Part shown: positions 29,019 to 32,000 of the stretch, in pieces | How the letters are laid out: the number at the start of each line of letters is the position of its first letter | Numbering within the stretch: position 1 is the first letter of the stretch | Assembly: GCF_008000775.2 (NCBI RefSeq) | Contig: NZ_CP042905.2 | Span: 1,440,001-1,472,000, forward strand | From: Promethearchaeum syntrophicum | Lineage (GTDB): Archaea > Asgardarchaeota > Lokiarchaeia > Sigyniarchaeales > Promethearchaeaceae | Direction: 5' to 3' | Length of the DNA stretch: 32,000 bases | Made by a program: the position numbers and the translations under genes | The notes under the pieces: generated by a model | The model's input: only the letters and a program-made list of their open reading frames with translations | The model's database searches: none | What the model was told of the DNA's origin: nothing

Positions 29019-29525
29019 ATGGATTCTAATGATATTCCTTCTAAAAATGATGAAAAAAACTTAAACCTAAGAAAACAAGCATTTTTATATTTCTTATTTG
29101 CAGTAATAATGATTGGATTGAATATTCTAATACAAAACATCCATTCTTGGTGGTTTGTGCCTTTATTAGAAGAAAAATTAGGTGATCAAAATTTTATCAG
29201 AAATTTTTACTTATCAACCGACCCTTTTAATATGCCAGAATTAATTGGTTCTGCGATTGCGGTAGTAATTACATACATCATTAAATTTTTGCTTGATAAA
29301 TTTATTGTTTTCAAAAAAGAGCATATCTCATTTGAAAAAACAGGAAAAGAATTTTTATGCTATTTCGGGTTTGCAATACTGACAACATTAGAAAATATCG
29401 CAATCCAATTCATTTTGGGAATAATTTTTGGGGGTTCAATGACCTATCGGATAATAATTGCTTTGATCTGTGGCTATATTACAAAATTCTTTCTGGATAG
29501 AAAATATTGCTTCAAAATATTATGA
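29019..29525 (+). CDS. GtrA-like small membrane protein
   Basis: 168 aa, four TM; ITYIIKFLLDKFIVFKK and ICGYITKFFLDRKYCF match paired GtrA-type motifs. Confidence 0.65.
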   Translation: MDSNDIPSKNDEKNLNLRKQAFLYFLFAVIMIGLNILIQNIHSWWFVPLLEEKLGDQNFIRNFYLSTDPFNMPELIGSAIAVVITYIIKFLLDKFIVFKKEHISFEKTGKEFLCYFGFAILTTLENIAIQFILGIIFGGSMTYRIIIALICGYITKFFLDRKYCFKIL

Positions 29526-29582
29526 AAAACAACAATTTTTAAATTTAGAATTAAAAGAAAAAATTTTTTTTACTTAATAATC

Positions 29583-30263
29583 TCATGACTTAATTATTCG
29601 ACCATGTTCCATCTCAACTAGTCGCGTTCCATATTTGACTAAATTTTTATCATGGGTTACAATTATTGTAGTTGTACCCATTTCTTTATTTAGTGATTTT
29701 AATAATTCCATTACTTGAGTTGCTGCTGCATGATGCAGATTCCCGGTAGGTTCATCAGCAAAGATTATTCGTGGTTTATGAATTATAGCTCTTGCAATCG
29801 CAACTCTTTGTTTTTCCCCACCTGATAACTCTTTAGGATGATTATTCATTCTTTCATGTGCATCTACTTTGGCTAGGGCAGACATGGCCCGATTATTGAT
29901 TTCTTTTGTTCTTAAAGGACCTGGCCAAAGAACCGCCTCAACATTCTCAATAGCAGTAAGATTTTCCACTAAATTGAAATCTTGAAAAACAAAACCTATT
30001 TTTCTTCTTCGAATATCACTTAGTCTCTCTTCAGATGCTCGATCAATCCGATCCCCATCTAAAATAACCGTTCCATCATCAGGAAGATCCAATCCACTCA
30101 TAACATTTAATAATGTGGTTTTACCACAACCTGTAGGACCCATTAAAACAACAAATTCTCCTGCATTGATTTTTAAATTAATGTCTACTAACGCCCGGAT
30201 TATATTTCCTCTTAATCGAAATTCTTTCTGGACATTTTCCAATTTAATCATTACTTCTGGCAT
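29583..30263 (-). CDS. ABC transporter ATP-binding protein (LolD/MacB/FtsE-like)
   Basis: 226 aa; Walker A GPTGCGKTT, signature LSGGEKQRVAIARA, Walker B IIFADEPTG, H-loop VTHD. Confidence 0.97.
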   Translation of the reverse strand: MPEVMIKLENVQKEFRLRGNIIRALVDINLKINAGEFVVLMGPTGCGKTTLLNVMSGLDLPDDGTVILDGDRIDRASEERLSDIRRRKIGFVFQDFNLVENLTAIENVEAVLWPGPLRTKEINNRAMSALAKVDAHERMNNHPKELSGGEKQRVAIARAIIHKPRIIFADEPTGNLHHAAATQVMELLKSLNKEMGTTTIIVTHDKNLVKYGTRLVEMEHGRIIKS

Positions 30264-30281
30264 TTTCTTAATCTCCTTTTA

Positions 30282-30854
30282 TTATTTTAACACCCTCAAC
30301 GCCACTATTGGCCTAAGTTTTAATATCTTACTGTACATTACTAAGATCCCAAGAATTTGTGAGACCAAAAACATTGCTAACGTCGCAAGAATTGGCCAAA
30401 TGTTAAGTATTGGGGTTGTTTTATCTATATAATTAGATGCTGAAATTGTTCCAATCTGTTGTTGGTAAAAATATGTTAATCCCGCTGTAATATGAATTAA
30501 GGTTTCCGCCATAATCATAAAAGCAACAAAAGTGACCCAAGTTAATTCCCCAATTATAATAGTTCTAATATTAGAATTCTTATACCCAATACACTTGAGA
30601 GTTGCAATTTCATTTTTTCGATAATTAATTACAATCCAAGCATACAAAATCGATAATAATAATGTGGAAAGGATTGATACAACTAATAATAAGACGTTTG
30701 GGGTACCTTCACCATAAAGAAAATCCTGAAAATTCCAAGTCATCCAAACCATAAGCACTGTATACATTAGTGTAAATGCGATGAATCTTCTCCGAGATCT
30801 CATTGCAAGTTTAACACTTTTACTCCATAATCTTAATCCCATATGTTTCACCAT
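30282..30854 (-). CDS. Short FtsX/MacB-type ABC transporter permease
   Basis: 190 aa, four predicted TM; coupling segment NYRKNEIATLKCIGYKNSNIRTIIIGE; C-terminal LRPIVALRVLK; 18 bp upstream of its ATPase. Confidence 0.85.
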   Translation of the reverse strand: MVKHMGLRLWSKSVKLAMRSRRRFIAFTLMYTVLMVWMTWNFQDFLYGEGTPNVLLLVVSILSTLLLSILYAWIVINYRKNEIATLKCIGYKNSNIRTIIIGELTWVTFVAFMIMAETLIHITAGLTYFYQQQIGTISASNYIDKTTPILNIWPILATLAMFLVSQILGILVMYSKILKLRPIVALRVLK

Positions 30855-30919
30855 TTTTTATATTTATAAATGAAATGTTAGATCTCCTTTTTAATTTTGT
30901 GCATATTAACAATATTATT

Positions 30920-31297
30920 ATGGATTATGAAAACTTAATTTTTGATTTACTTGATTCTGAACCATCAATTTTCGGGGGCGCATTAATCGATAGTAATGGA
31001 AAATTGCTTTTCCAAACTGAAAATTGGGATCTTTCTCAAGATTTAGATCAAATCAATTCAGCAATTGAAGAATCTCAAAAATCTGATGGTAAAAACCCTG
31101 GATCAATTTCTATCATGAAATTAACATACATGGTAATCGAATTTATTCCTGAAAGAATAATTGCGACAAATGTTATGAAAAAAGGGCATATAATAATTGC
31201 ACCAAGTAAAAAAGCCACATTAGTTACTTTTATTGACCCGAATAAAGGTCCACGTGATGTTCTCTTTGTTATTCAGAATTTTGCGCGGAAGTTATGA
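30920..31297 (+). CDS. Small roadblock/LC7-like fold protein (tentative)
   Basis: Listed ORF starts at 30875, but ATG at 30920 gives MDYENLIFDLLDSEPSIFGGALIDSNGKLLFQTENWDL..., with the helix-strand-turn-strand (gALIDxxGkLLfqT) pattern of roadblock/LC7 domains. Confidence 0.45.
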   Translation: MDYENLIFDLLDSEPSIFGGALIDSNGKLLFQTENWDLSQDLDQINSAIEESQKSDGKNPGSISIMKLTYMVIEFIPERIIATNVMKKGHIIIAPSKKATLVTFIDPNKGPRDVLFVIQNFARKL

Positions 31298-31401
31298 AAT
31301 AACGCCAAATTTTTTACTTTTTTGTTTACGGGCTAACATTTTTTGAGATTTGATTTTAGATTTTATAAATAGTTGTAAAAAGGAAAAAAAAATCAAAAAT
31401 T

Positions 31402-32000
31402 CTAGCTTAAAAAAGGTTGAATTATCTTAAACACAACAATAAATATCACTAGTAATGGAATAATGATTAAAATAATTCGTAATTGTCCTTTCCAAGACCA
31501 TCGATTAAGAGAGCTTAAAAACGATTCAAAATTACGTTGTCTACGAATTGATTTTGCCCAATTTTTTCTAGTATTTTGAACAGAGTTTTGAAGTTTTTCT
31601 TTATTATATTCAGACTTTTTTTCGAGATTTTTCTGCATATGTCCATATCTCTTATCTAATAATTCTTCTTGATGCTTATAATATTCATTCATTCTTTGCC
31701 TTTTTCTTTCCCAGCGATCTATAATTCTTTGTTGTCTTATTTTTTGTCGATCAATCACATTTTTCTTATTGCTTTTTTCTTTTAAACGTTCCAATTTTTT
31801 TTGTTGTCTTATTTTTTGTCGATCTAATGATTCATTTAATAATTTATCAATAGAAGAATTCCACTCTTCTTGAATTTTTTCAAAGGATTCTTGAGTTTTT
31901 TGAAAAAACGTGGTTATTCCTGTCAATAAATCTGGTTTTGCTTGTTTATCAATGGTATTTTCTTCTTTTTTTGGTTTTTTATAATATTCATTCAGTTCTT
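31402..32000 (-). CDS. Highly charged coiled-coil protein with a TM segment near the C-terminus (N-terminus off window)
   Basis: The listed start is a TTG; the frame stays open to the window edge (ELNEYYKKPKKEENTIDKQAKPDLLTGITTFF...). Charged repeats, then a terminal hydrophobic helix (ILIIIPLLVIFIVVFKII). Confidence 0.7.
   Translation of the reverse strand, partial: ELNEYYKKPKKEENTIDKQAKPDLLTGITTFFQKTQESFEKIQEEWNSSIDKLLNESLDRQKIRQQKKLERLKEKSNKKNVIDRQKIRQQRIIDRWERKRQRMNEYYKHQEELLDKRYGHMQKNLEKKSEYNKEKLQNSVQNTRKNWAKSIRRQRNFESFLSSLNRWSWKGQLRIILIIIPLLVIFIVVFKIIQPFLS
31728..31825 (-). repeat. Short direct repeat inside the coiled-coil gene encoding DRQKIRQQ
   Basis: tgttgtcttattttttgtcgatc occurs twice (about 31731 and 31803) and encodes DRQKIRQQ in both copies. 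Confidence 0.85.

Noticed and set aside
1-32000. CRISPR array, tRNA/rRNA genes, transposases, or toxin/antiphage modules
   Set aside because: No regularly spaced repeats, no tRNA cloverleaf or rRNA text, and no transposase, Cas, RM or toxin motifs were recognised by eye. Covariance-model and HMM searches would be needed to exclude small or divergent ones.

Overview
This is a low-GC, AT-rich window that reads as archaeal. It encodes an archaeal-type LeuRS, a CTP-dependent riboflavin kinase with an N-terminal HTH, an EMC3/TMCO1 (DUF106)-like membrane protein and a probable roadblock-like protein. An Asgard/Promethearchaeota origin is my inference. From about 1 to 26 kb it is mostly a cell-surface glycopolymer locus: a GT39-like membrane protein, an SDR epimerase, a Gfo/Idh/MocA oxidoreductase, a Wzx-type flippase, a polysaccharide pyruvyl transferase, an ATP-grasp+HAD fusion, a TagF-like CDP-alcohol glycerophosphotransferase, a GT2, a DegT aminotransferase, an HTH-extended LicC-like nucleotidyltransferase, an OPA/GlpT-like MFS transporter, a sulfatase-superfamily protein and a GT4. 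About 26 to 32 kb holds conserved housekeeping-type genes. The strongest findings not in the ORF track are several decayed genes: an rmlC-like remnant (about 3.5-3.7 kb), a GNAT gene cut by one in-frame TAA (5046-5048), a remnant with an LVIVD-like motif (14.8 kb), a nucleotidyltransferase remnant with an in-frame TGA (15.3 kb), a second GT2 remnant (19.4-19.7 kb), and a partial duplicate of the 23.5-kb sulfatase-like gene with its upstream DNA (19.87-20.05 kb). I see no CRISPR array, rRNA, tRNA, transposase or clearly novel defence system. The best system-level hypothesis is a teichoic-acid-like or phosphodiester-linked surface polymer pathway in an archaeon.
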